Source: Candidatus Heimdallarchaeota archaeon
Lineage (GTDB): Archaea > Asgardarchaeota > Heimdallarchaeia > Heimdallarchaeales > Heimdallarchaeaceae
Assembly: GCA_030668825.1 (NCBI GenBank)
Contig: DAOVET010000056.1
Coordinates: 1 to 15,893 of the forward strand
Direction of reading: 5' to 3'
DNA length: 15,893 bases
A model generated the notes under the pieces. It searched no databases. It was not told the DNA's origin and saw only the letters and a list, made by a program, of their open reading frames with translations. The stretch's first letter is position 1, and each line of letters starts with the position of its first letter. Positions 1 through 7,966 of the stretch are shown here, piece by piece. A program made the translations under genes and the position numbers.

Positions 1-1070
1 AGACGTACGCCAAATTCACCAGCAAAGTATAACCCTGGTTCTACAGTAATTACTGAATTCTCTAGTAAGTTTTGAGCTGGTCTCTCGGGATACGACTTAC
101 TAATACCTACACCGATATCATGAGTTTCAATACCAATTGGATGTCCTGTAGAATGAATGAATAACTTTTCATGGTCATAACCAAATTCTTCAAATTTGTC
201 TCTTACAGCTTGTTCAACGATATCTGAAGGAATTCCTGCTTTGATTTTAGTATAAGCTGCTTCCTTTGCTTCGTGAACTGCTTCGTAAGCTCTAAGAACT
301 TCTTCGTTTGGATTGCTACCAATCCAGTATGTATGCGTAATATCAGAATTGGACATATCATAAGCAACCCCATAATCAATTAGAAGAACTTGATTTTCTT
401 TAATTTTACCAGTTCCTGCTTTATGGTGAGGTATAGCTGCATTGGGACCTGAGGCTACTATAGGTTCAAAGGCTACTCCACCTCTTTTATTACACTCAAA
501 TTCAATTATTGCTGCTAACTCTTTTTCTATCATGCCAGGTTTAATCGATGGTTCAATAACATCTTCCATCAATTCTTCTGCAAGCTTAGCTGAAATCTTA
601 TGATTTTCAATTTCTTTCTTGGTTTTGACAGCTCTTACATCATAGATAATCTCATTAGCTGAAATATAATTCAGATTTTTATTCTGATTAGTTAGAGCTT
701 TGAATGCCCCACTTGTTAGAATATCATAATTTAGTTTCTCAAACACTTCTTTCTCTTCAACAAAATTAAGTGCAATCGTTGAGTTATCTGAAATATTATT
801 GAATAGTTTACTTACCAATTCTGTAAATTCATTCCCTTGCTTGTAAGCTTTAATATCATAGGTTTTTTCATCTACAAGCATTTCTTCCATTCTTGATGTA
901 ATAACAGTGGGTTTTCCTGTTTTTGGAATAAGAGTAAGAGTAGCTGATGAAATCCATTTTTCATGTAAATATTTTTGATGAATATCATGAGAATGATGGC
1001 AGAAAATTATCCATCCATCAACATTATGTTTATCTAAAATCGCTTGAATTCTGTCTACTTTTTCATTCAA
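1..1070 (-). CDS. Xaa-Pro aminopeptidase/dipeptidase (M24B family); 3' end lies beyond the window
   Basis: Not in the ORF track because its stop is outside the window. Translated by hand from TTG at 1070 (an in-frame TAG lies just upstream): MNEKVDRIQAILDKHNVDGWIIF...AFEPIVASGPNAAIPHH...LLIDYGVAYDMSNSDITHT...FIHSTGHPIGIETHD...ITVEPGLYFAGEFGVR. These are the M24 metal-ligand motifs. Overlaps the cofC 3' end by 8 bp. Confidence 0.92.
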   Translation of the reverse strand, partial: MNEKVDRIQAILDKHNVDGWIIFCHHSHDIHQKYLHEKWISSATLTLIPKTGKPTVITSRMEEMLVDEKTYDIKAYKQGNEFTELVSKLFNNISDNSTIALNFVEEKEVFEKLNYDILTSGAFKALTNQNKNLNYISANEIIYDVRAVKTKKEIENHKISAKLAEELMEDVIEPSIKPGMIEKELAAIIEFECNKRGGVAFEPIVASGPNAAIPHHKAGTGKIKENQVLLIDYGVAYDMSNSDITHTYWIGSNPNEEVLRAYEAVHEAKEAAYTKIKAGIPSDIVEQAVRDKFEEFGYDHEKLFIHSTGHPIGIETHDIGVGISKSYPERPAQNLLENSVITVEPGLYFAGEFGVR

Positions 1071-1683
1071 AATCTACACATTCCTTAATTATTTGTCTTA
1101 TATTTTCTGGAATAGAATTATTTTCCATTATTTCTAACAAATCCTTAAATTTGTCTATATCTCTGTAAAAGTCCTTACTTTCTAAAATCTCATAAGATAT
1201 GGCTTCTTTTTCAAAAACATCTCTAAATCTTAAGGCTGAATTCTTTCCAAAGACCAATGGAAAAGAGTTATTCTTATTGAAAGTTAATATGCTTGTTCCA
1301 TTATCAGGCGTTGGACCAAGTAATATTTTTTTCTCGATTTTGTGTCTATAAAGAATTTCCTTAATTTCTTCAGATTTAATCAAAGGTAAATCAGCCATAA
1401 CTATTGTTATTATATCCTCTTTTATTTCTTTGAAAGCATTAGTCAGCGATTCATTTAACTCATTTCCCTTATCTAGCAGCAAAGTAAATTTTCCTGAAAA
1501 ACTAAGATTATTTTTCTTTGTTAATATATATAAGTGAACATCTGTTTCAATCATAGATACCTCATTTATAAGATTCTGAGTCATATAATAGAGAAGTTTG
1601 TCAACAGAAGTTTCCTTTAGATCAGACCTTAATCTGCTCTTATCACTCGCTGTTCCTCTATAAGGAATTATTATTGCTTCCAT
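1063..1683 (-). CDS. cofC: 2-phospho-L-lactate/PEP guanylyltransferase (F420 biosynthesis)
   Basis: 206 aa with IIIPYR..DKSRL, MADLPLI, PTPDNGTS, FGKNSA and DIDKFKDL motifs typical of CofC/FbiD; in the same operon as cofD. Confidence 0.88.
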   Translation of the reverse strand: MEAIIIPYRGTASDKSRLRSDLKETSVDKLLYYMTQNLINEVSMIETDVHLYILTKKNNLSFSGKFTLLLDKGNELNESLTNAFKEIKEDIITIVMADLPLIKSEEIKEILYRHKIEKKILLGPTPDNGTSILTFNKNNSFPLVFGKNSALRFRDVFEKEAISYEILESKDFYRDIDKFKDLLEIMENNSIPENIRQIIKECVDFE

Positions 1684-2476
1684 GGTTTTTCTGTCCTGTA
1701 TAATCTTTAACTAATCTTTGAATAAACTTTGGATCTCGAATCAATGGTCTAGCAACAGATACCGCTTTTGCTCCAGCTTCAAACATTGTCTTAATGTCGC
1801 TTATAGTTTGAACAGAGTTATTTCCAATAATTGGTATATCAGTTGAATTAGCGAGATTATGAATTAATTTAATATTAGCTCTGTTGTGTCCTGGTAACAT
1901 AGCATCAGAATGAATGAAACTAATTGAAAATTCATCTAAAATTCCTACAAATTTTTGATACTCATTAACTAAATATCCTCGAATTTTTATTCCTAAAGGA
2001 AATGTAGGAAGTATTGCTCTTATCTTATAAAGTAAGAGTTCCAACCCTTCTAGGTTTATAAGTAAACTCTGTCCCCCATTGGTATTGATAATTTCTTTTT
2101 GACGACAATGAGCATTTATTTCTATAAAATCAACAAATTCAGTAAATTTTTTTAACCACATTTTAGCTAGATTATCAACTTTAGAAAATCTTATGTTAAC
2201 ATTTATGGATTGATGTTTGTTTAGTTTTTCAAGATCTAAATTTTTCCTGCACCACAGTCTAGCATTCTTTTGTTTTGTTGGAAGAACAAACTCCTTTCTC
2301 CCTCTTTCAATCATTTTAATTGTAGCTTTATGAGATTCATAATCTATGGAAAATCCTCCTAAAGTTACCATACCTGCACCATATCTCAGAATTTCTTGGC
2401 AAAAATTTCTATTTGAAATACCAGCTAAGGCAGATTGAACAATTGGTGGTTTAAATTTAAAACCAAAATCTATCAT
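1658..2476 (-). CDS. Archaeal Dus-like FMN TIM-barrel protein (MJ0144/NifR3-related family)
   Basis: SALAGIS, MVTLGG, RGRKEF, IEINAHCRQ, IKIR, HSDAM, IIGNNSV and GAKAVSVAR motifs match the archaeal dihydrouridine synthase-like family. Confidence 0.85.
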   Translation of the reverse strand: MIDFGFKFKPPIVQSALAGISNRNFCQEILRYGAGMVTLGGFSIDYESHKATIKMIERGRKEFVLPTKQKNARLWCRKNLDLEKLNKHQSINVNIRFSKVDNLAKMWLKKFTEFVDFIEINAHCRQKEIINTNGGQSLLINLEGLELLLYKIRAILPTFPLGIKIRGYLVNEYQKFVGILDEFSISFIHSDAMLPGHNRANIKLIHNLANSTDIPIIGNNSVQTISDIKTMFEAGAKAVSVARPLIRDPKFIQRLVKDYTGQKNHGSNNNSL

Positions 2477-2480
2477 CGGA

Positions 2481-3407
2481 CTATCTCCTATTTAGAATGA
2501 AAGAGGAAAGTTTCTTTGGAATAGTTTCATCTCTAAAGAGAATGTTTTGTGTAAGAACTTCTAAACTTGTTTCTTTTTCAATTTCCTCTATATAATTCTT
2601 GTCTGTTTCATGAATTATAATAGTGCTACATATGTCTTTATACATTTTTGCCACACCTACAGGAGATATCTCAAAACCTTTGGTTTTCATCAACTTGCCT
2701 GTCGGTCCACTAACAGGTGCATCACCAATAATTGGACTTATAGCTATACATTTGTTTTTGTTTTTTTCAAGCGTTTTTCTAATGTGTTTAATGTCAATAA
2801 TGGGTCCAATGCTGGTGATTGGGTTACTAGGACCAATTATTATTAATTCTGAAATATCCAATTCATTTAGAGCTAAGTTTGGAACTATTGCTTTTTCAAG
2901 ATCTTTAACATATATATCTTTAATTTCGATTTCTCCTTTGTTTTTCACCCAAAATTCTTGGAAGTGAATGTTCCTATCATCCTTAGTAATAATACGCGTT
3001 TCAATATGATTTTCTGAACTTGGAAAAATCCTTGCTCTAATGCCTAGTTTCTCTCTCAAATTATCAATTATTACAGATTGATTTACTCCCTTTTGCATTT
3101 CATTTGTCCGAAAAACATGCATCCCTAAGTCTTTGTCTCCTAACTGGAACCAAGTGTTTACACCATACCTTTTTAGGAAGTCTAGAGTGTTGTAAGTTTC
3201 ATTTATTACACCCCAGTATTTTTCTGTATCTAATAGGTTGCTGAAGAGATAAAGAATTGTATCAATATCTGGAGAAACATAGTAACCATACACCCAGAAG
3301 TTGTCTGCAGAATTGGCAATTATAGATATTTGTTCTTCCGGAATATTACTTCTAAAACCTTGAATTAGTTTTGGGGTTCCTGTTCCTCCAGATAGGAAAG
3401 TTATCAT
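2481..3407 (-). CDS. cofD: 2-phospho-L-lactate transferase (F420-0 synthase)
   Basis: ITFLSGGTGTPKL, NSADN, SPDIDTILY, WFQLGDKDLG, HFQEFWV, IGPSNPITSIGPI and SPIIGDAPVSGP are canonical CofD motifs. Confidence 0.96.
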   Translation of the reverse strand: MITFLSGGTGTPKLIQGFRSNIPEEQISIIANSADNFWVYGYYVSPDIDTILYLFSNLLDTEKYWGVINETYNTLDFLKRYGVNTWFQLGDKDLGMHVFRTNEMQKGVNQSVIIDNLREKLGIRARIFPSSENHIETRIITKDDRNIHFQEFWVKNKGEIEIKDIYVKDLEKAIVPNLALNELDISELIIIGPSNPITSIGPIIDIKHIRKTLEKNKNKCIAISPIIGDAPVSGPTGKLMKTKGFEISPVGVAKMYKDICSTIIIHETDKNYIEEIEKETSLEVLTQNILFRDETIPKKLSSFILNRR

Positions 3408-3440
3408 TTTGAACCCTCATGATTTTAAAATTTTAAAAAA

Positions 3441-4253
3441 TTATTTAGCTGATTTTTTTGAGGTTGTTGTTTTAGATTTTGTAGCTTTTTTACTTGGTGC
3501 TTTCTTTGGTTTTTCAGCTTTTTTACTTGGTGTTTTATTTGGTTTTGCGGATGTCTTGCTTGGTTTTTTTTTTGGTTCTTCTTCAACTGGTTTTTCAGGT
3601 GTTTCTTTAGGCTTTTTTAGAGCAGTTTTTCTTGTTGTTTTCTTTTTAATAGTTCCTGTTTCTACTAAACGAAGTCGCGATGTTGACTTTATAACGACTC
3701 TATAATAAGATCCATGTTCTCCCATATCTGGATTTCGAACAATTTTGATAACATCACCAGGTTTTGCTTGAATAGCTTTCACAGCTGCATCATTTTCTAG
3801 GATTTTAGGTATTTGATGTCTTTCAATTTGATATCTCTCTAAGAAGTACTTTATTTCTGGTCTTTTAAGCTTGATATGTTGACGAACTATTTCATGATCA
3901 AAGATGTTAAACAGTGGATTATTACTACTTATAATTTCAATACCCAGTTTAATTGACTCTTTCTTTGCATAATGAGTTAAAGGTGATTCTGCAATAAGAA
4001 GGGCTTCACCAAGCTGTTCTTCCTCTTGTAGTTTTCCTAAAAGTCTAATTAATTTTACACCAATTTGAGGATTTTTTGGAAAACGTGCAATTGCAGTTAT
4101 CTTTTCCTTTTCTTCAGAAATTTTATCAGCATAAACATCTAGGAAATCGTCATCTTCTTTGGTATTTTTAATTTGAAATCCTCTAAATTCAAGAATCTCT
4201 TTAACACCATCCATTATCCTCTTTTCCTTAGCCTTTTGTTCTTTAGAAGACAA
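3441..4253 (-). CDS. rpoH: RNA polymerase subunit Rpb5/RpoH homologue with N-terminal jaw-like domain and Lys-rich C-terminal tail
   Basis: Residues ~114-188 (FNIFDHEIVRQH...QIPKILENDAAVKAIQAKPGDVIKIVR...YYRVV) form the RpoH/Rpb5 C-terminal domain. There is a ~112-aa N-terminal extension and a ~80-aa basic tail. TTG start preceded by GAGGT. Confidence 0.85.
   Translation of the reverse strand: MSSKEQKAKEKRIMDGVKEILEFRGFQIKNTKEDDDFLDVYADKISEEKEKITAIARFPKNPQIGVKLIRLLGKLQEEEQLGEALLIAESPLTHYAKKESIKLGIEIISSNNPLFNIFDHEIVRQHIKLKRPEIKYFLERYQIERHQIPKILENDAAVKAIQAKPGDVIKIVRNPDMGEHGSYYRVVIKSTSRLRLVETGTIKKKTTRKTALKKPKETPEKPVEEEPKKKPSKTSAKPNKTPSKKAEKPKKAPSKKATKSKTTTSKKSAK
3477..3575 (-). repeat. Three degenerate tandem 33-bp (11-aa) coding repeats in the Rpb5 tail
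   Basis: PKKKPSKTSAK / PNKTPSKKAEK / PKKAPSKKATK. AGCTTTTTTACTTGGTG occurs at 3483 and 3516 (33-bp period), with a degenerate third copy at 3549. Confidence 0.75.
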
Positions 4254-4286
4254 ATAAGTTACCTCTGCCCCATTAATAATCAGTTA

Positions 4287-4301
4287 ATTTAAAATCTTTT
4301 G
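4287..4301 (-). promoter_or_regulatory. Putative archaeal BRE/TATA promoter for the Rpb5-like gene
   Basis: Minus strand reads CAAAAGATTTTAAAT (purine-rich BRE plus TTTTAAAT), ~35-45 bp upstream of the TTG; SD-like GAGGT follows. Confidence 0.45.
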
Positions 4302-4323
4302 ACAAGTGAGAGGTTTTCAAAAG

Positions 4324-4680
4324 CTATTTTTCTTCCTCTTCTGTTTGAAATTTAATATAGTAAGAACCATCTTTATTCCTACCTACAATTGGTTTTTTAT
4401 CATCACTTTCTGAAAGCAATTTTTCAATATCTACTTCAAAAACTCCATCACTTGTAAGTCTGATCTCTTCAACCCCCTCTTTTATATCTGTTTGGTGAAT
4501 CTCTTTTTCTACAATAAGTTCAAGTTCTTCTTCTTTCTTCTGATCTGAAGACTTTTCTCTATAAGTTCTGAATTTGAAGGATCCACAAAAAGGGCATCCA
4601 TTAAGCAGGATTTGACTATTCAATTCAAGCTTCTTATCACACAATGCACACATTGTTATTTTGTTAGATGGTTTTGACAT
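4324..4680 (-). CDS. OapC/DUF2072-like Zn-ribbon protein
   Basis: N-terminal CALC...ILLNGCPFCGSFKF and C-terminal EEIRLTSDGVFEVDIEKL...GSYYI match the archaeal DUF2072 (OapC) pattern. Confidence 0.75.
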   Translation of the reverse strand: MSKPSNKITMCALCDKKLELNSQILLNGCPFCGSFKFRTYREKSSDQKKEEELELIVEKEIHQTDIKEGVEEIRLTSDGVFEVDIEKLLSESDDKKPIVGRNKDGSYYIKFQTEEEEK

Positions 4681-4709
4681 ACAATCACTTGACTCTTGAT
4701 TTGGTTTTT

Positions 4710-5573
4710 CTATTCAAGCTTTATACTTGAATTATATAAGAAAGGACCTTTATGATTACATTTTGGACATCCCTTGTTTTCTAGTTCATCAATTGAATTG
4801 AACTCACCCTCAGATCCCACATTGAAGCTTTCTCCACATATTGTTTTGCACATATATATTTGTAAATGACTATTGCTTTCTCTATAATACATTGGCCCAT
4901 AGTAGTGATTTGCTATAGTTTCTTTAGAATTTGATTTAACTTTAATGCTATATAAGTCTGAAACTGTTTTGTTCAGAGGAGTATTGTATTCATATCCATT
5001 GAAATCTTTTTTCTTTTCTTCTATCTCTAGATTCATTTTATCTACTAGTTTTTCCAAAATATCTTCTTTTTCACTTTCAATATCAAAAGATAGAAAGATT
5101 CTTGATGAAGATTTTTTATTGGCACATTGCACAGCTCTTGATAAACCGACCTCTAAACCTTCCTCTGTCATCGGGGGTTCAACAAAAATATAATCAAATT
5201 GATCTTTCAAAATAATTATCATTATAACTCGGATATCATGATTTACATATCGTATAGTTTTAATCTTTTGTTTAACTTTCATGTTAAAAACAATTTCAGG
5301 GATTCGTTTATCGATATCTAAAATTGTTAAATCCTTTGGTTTTGAAAGAATACCTAATGGTAAAGAAGAAAGATCCATATCCCCTAGAAAAATAATTCTC
5401 TTTCCATTATAATCATCAGGATGTTCTAAGAGGACTCTTTCAATACTAGATGTTTTTGAAACATAATATTGATCATAATCACTATTTGGAATTCCACGTA
5501 GCTCTTGTATTTCAAAATAAGCTTTGTCGATTCTTTCAAAAAGTTCTTCCTCAGTAGGAATTGTTTTCATCAA
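4710..5573 (-). CDS. BpsA-like (branched-chain polyamine synthase family) aminopropyltransferase/methyltransferase with C-terminal Zn ribbon
   Basis: YDQYYV...ERV, GKRIIFLGDMDLSSL, ILDIDKRI, HDIR and FDYIFVEPPMT...GLSRAV resemble the BpsA catalytic domain (YDQ, LGDDDLTS, DIDER, FD..TDPP.T). C-terminal CKTIC...GCPKC. The ATG at 5570-5571 is an alternative start. Confidence 0.78.
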   Translation of the reverse strand: MMKTIPTEEELFERIDKAYFEIQELRGIPNSDYDQYYVSKTSSIERVLLEHPDDYNGKRIIFLGDMDLSSLPLGILSKPKDLTILDIDKRIPEIVFNMKVKQKIKTIRYVNHDIRVIMIIILKDQFDYIFVEPPMTEEGLEVGLSRAVQCANKKSSSRIFLSFDIESEKEDILEKLVDKMNLEIEEKKKDFNGYEYNTPLNKTVSDLYSIKVKSNSKETIANHYYGPMYYRESNSHLQIYMCKTICGESFNVGSEGEFNSIDELENKGCPKCNHKGPFLYNSSIKLE

Positions 5574-5615
5574 GAAGGGCTAATTTTACTAATTTAAAAA
5601 AGATTCGTTGCCATC

Positions 5616-7883
5616 TTAGGAAAGAAAAGTAAGTTGTTTGAGAACATTGAATAACTCATCAATAGGCAGTTTTTGTAATTTCTTATTTTCTCTTGTTTTT
5701 CTTTCTAGCTCTTTTAGTAAAATACTGTATTCATAAGCTGATTTAGCTAGTTGTGCAAAGGTTGAATCGAATTGTGCAACAGATTGTAAGTGATCACTTG
5801 CATCTTTTGCTGCCTTTGCTCCATCGTTAAAGTGAGAGGCAGCCTTGTAATTTTCCTTATTAGTATCTGCACCAATTCCAAAGATTGCTTTCTTTGTTGC
5901 TTCCAAGAAATCGGTCAAAGCAAGAGATAATATCCTCTTAATTTCAATTGCATTCCAGTTGATATTTGAGTCCCTTAAATCAAACATCTCTTTATGATTT
6001 AATAGTTCTGAACAGTTTTCAGAAATTCGTTTGTTAATTATATCAAATAGAGCAAAATGATTGAAATTGTGATTTATAATTGTAAAATAATTTTTCTTTA
6101 TAGAATTTTCTGCAGATAGTGAGAATCTATATCCTTTAGCAATTTTATCTATTACAGTATTCAAAAACAAATACTGTCTGGATAGCTCAAATAAACGTAA
6201 TTCTACGTCCTGTCCTTGAATAAATGTTTGACTATATCTGTGTTCTACCCATTCCTTATTTATATTTGATTCACTGCTCAATTGAGATATTTCTAGTGCT
6301 TTTGTCGAATAATAATGAGCTTTAGCATGATATATGATATTCAAAACCTCATTTGATTCTTTTTCAACAAGATTTTGTTCTAAATACAAAGAGTTAGCCA
6401 TATACTCTAGACATTCTATGTCTTTCACAATGTAAACTTTCTTTTCTGTTTTAGGAAGGAAATAAGCTGATATCTTTATTGTTTTTATATTTTCTAGTAA
6501 AGGTTGTACATCTTCAGATTTTATTTTTGTATCTGCTTTTTCTATTTCAATCAATTGAGCAGAGATATCATTGATTGCATATTCTAATCTCTCAATAAAA
6601 CGAACTAGATTTTGTTCTGCTCTTCCCATTGCAACTTTCAGGTGTATATTTTCAAGCAAAGCAATTTTTAACTCTTGAACAAAGTTTAGATAAACAAATG
6701 GGAGACTACTTACATAATTGATATTTACCTTTAAACCTGGTTTATTCACTATTTCTTCTATTTGTTCTACGATGCTCTGAATTTCTTCTTTTTTCTCATC
6801 TGCGATTACATTGTACAATATTGAAGTTTTAGCTGCAAGTTCTGCAATTCCATGAAAGAACCTATGTATTGTTTCTTCTTTTTTGATATTTTCTTTTAAT
6901 TTCACAGTTCTTTCGTTCTTTTCCACGTTGGAGTCTAAGATTTTCAAAGCCTCCTCCTCTAGTCCTAGAACGAGATTCAGATATTCGACACTTGCAATAA
7001 AACTATCACTTTTAGCTGCTTCAAAACTCAATCTGAGATAATGGTCAATTAGCTCCTTATTTCTTTGAACTTGATTTAAGGAGATATGACTTGTTTCAAT
7101 TTGATTTCCTTTCAATTCTGGATCTTCAGGTATTTGTTTATAATAATCTAGTGCTACCTCAAGATGGCTTAAACTTCTTTCAAAAGCAAAGTGTGTAGCT
7201 ATTGAATCTTTCCACCACCAATCTTCTCCCAGTCTTTTTAGAAATTGTGCAGTGAAAGAAACATCAAATTCTGCCATTATTAGTTCATAAGCACCCTTTT
7301 CCTCGATTAATTTTTCCTTGCTATATCCATTGGGTGATTCTTCTAAAAGATGTATAATTTGTTTTTTTTGATTAAGTAATAGAAAAGTCAACATTACTTC
7401 TTCTATATTTGAAGCTCTTGGGTGAGATGAATCAAAATATGTTTGAGAAATTGTGTTTAGTATTCTATAACCCTCAATATATGATGTACAATAAACAGGA
7501 GATGGTTGAGAACCAAATATACCTGTATTAACAATATCTGCGTATACAATCATTAATATTGCTAATTCCATCTGGAATTCTTGTAAATCTTCCAATTTTT
7601 GAGTGATATTTTTTTTCCTTTTTTTATCTGCTTTAATTTGAGCTTGATCTCTCGTCCATTCATCCAGAAAACGACTATACAGCAGATGAGATAGCGATGA
7701 AACATTTGAAAGAGTGTTTGCACAAAATTGAGAAAAATCTAACCAAACTTGACTTATTTTATCCAAATCATCTATTTGTACAAAAGATTGGTAAATTCTT
7801 TCACGTTCTAATTCCATTAGTACAAATTGTTTGAATGGTGAATCACTTAGTAACTCGGCAATCTCTTTAGAAAATAACATCAA
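5616..7883 (-). CDS. Hypothetical large alpha-helical (TPR-like) protein
   Basis: 755-aa uninterrupted ORF, rich in Leu/Glu/Ala/Lys helices, with repeat-like segments (AHYYSTKALEI, AASHFNDGAKAAKDA); no catalytic motif recognised. Confidence 0.8.
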   Translation of the reverse strand: MMLFSKEIAELLSDSPFKQFVLMELERERIYQSFVQIDDLDKISQVWLDFSQFCANTLSNVSSLSHLLYSRFLDEWTRDQAQIKADKKRKKNITQKLEDLQEFQMELAILMIVYADIVNTGIFGSQPSPVYCTSYIEGYRILNTISQTYFDSSHPRASNIEEVMLTFLLLNQKKQIIHLLEESPNGYSKEKLIEEKGAYELIMAEFDVSFTAQFLKRLGEDWWWKDSIATHFAFERSLSHLEVALDYYKQIPEDPELKGNQIETSHISLNQVQRNKELIDHYLRLSFEAAKSDSFIASVEYLNLVLGLEEEALKILDSNVEKNERTVKLKENIKKEETIHRFFHGIAELAAKTSILYNVIADEKKEEIQSIVEQIEEIVNKPGLKVNINYVSSLPFVYLNFVQELKIALLENIHLKVAMGRAEQNLVRFIERLEYAINDISAQLIEIEKADTKIKSEDVQPLLENIKTIKISAYFLPKTEKKVYIVKDIECLEYMANSLYLEQNLVEKESNEVLNIIYHAKAHYYSTKALEISQLSSESNINKEWVEHRYSQTFIQGQDVELRLFELSRQYLFLNTVIDKIAKGYRFSLSAENSIKKNYFTIINHNFNHFALFDIINKRISENCSELLNHKEMFDLRDSNINWNAIEIKRILSLALTDFLEATKKAIFGIGADTNKENYKAASHFNDGAKAAKDASDHLQSVAQFDSTFAQLAKSAYEYSILLKELERKTRENKKLQKLPIDELFNVLKQLTFLS

Positions 7884-7966
7884 TTATCTTTTCGGCAAAT
7901 AGTAAAAAAACGTTTTGTAACTCTCTTTAACATTTTTAAAGGAGAAAATCCCGATTTCCTCTCTGT

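Noticed and set aside
1064-1066. ATG overlapping the cofC stop (ATGA) as the peptidase start
   Set aside because: That frame reads ATG AAA AAG TAG; the peptidase frame begins at TTG 1070.
947-1168. 73-aa plus-strand ORF
   Set aside because: Antisense to the peptidase and cofC; no motif.
2610-2967. Two plus-strand ORFs (78 and 114 aa)
   Set aside because: Antisense shadows of cofD.
3409-3705. 98-aa Phe/Leu/Gly-rich ORF that looks like a membrane protein
   Set aside because: Mirror of the Lys-rich Rpb5 tail (AAA codons read as TTT); the hydrophobicity is an artefact.
4945-5193. 82-aa plus-strand ORF
   Set aside because: Antisense to the BpsA-like gene.
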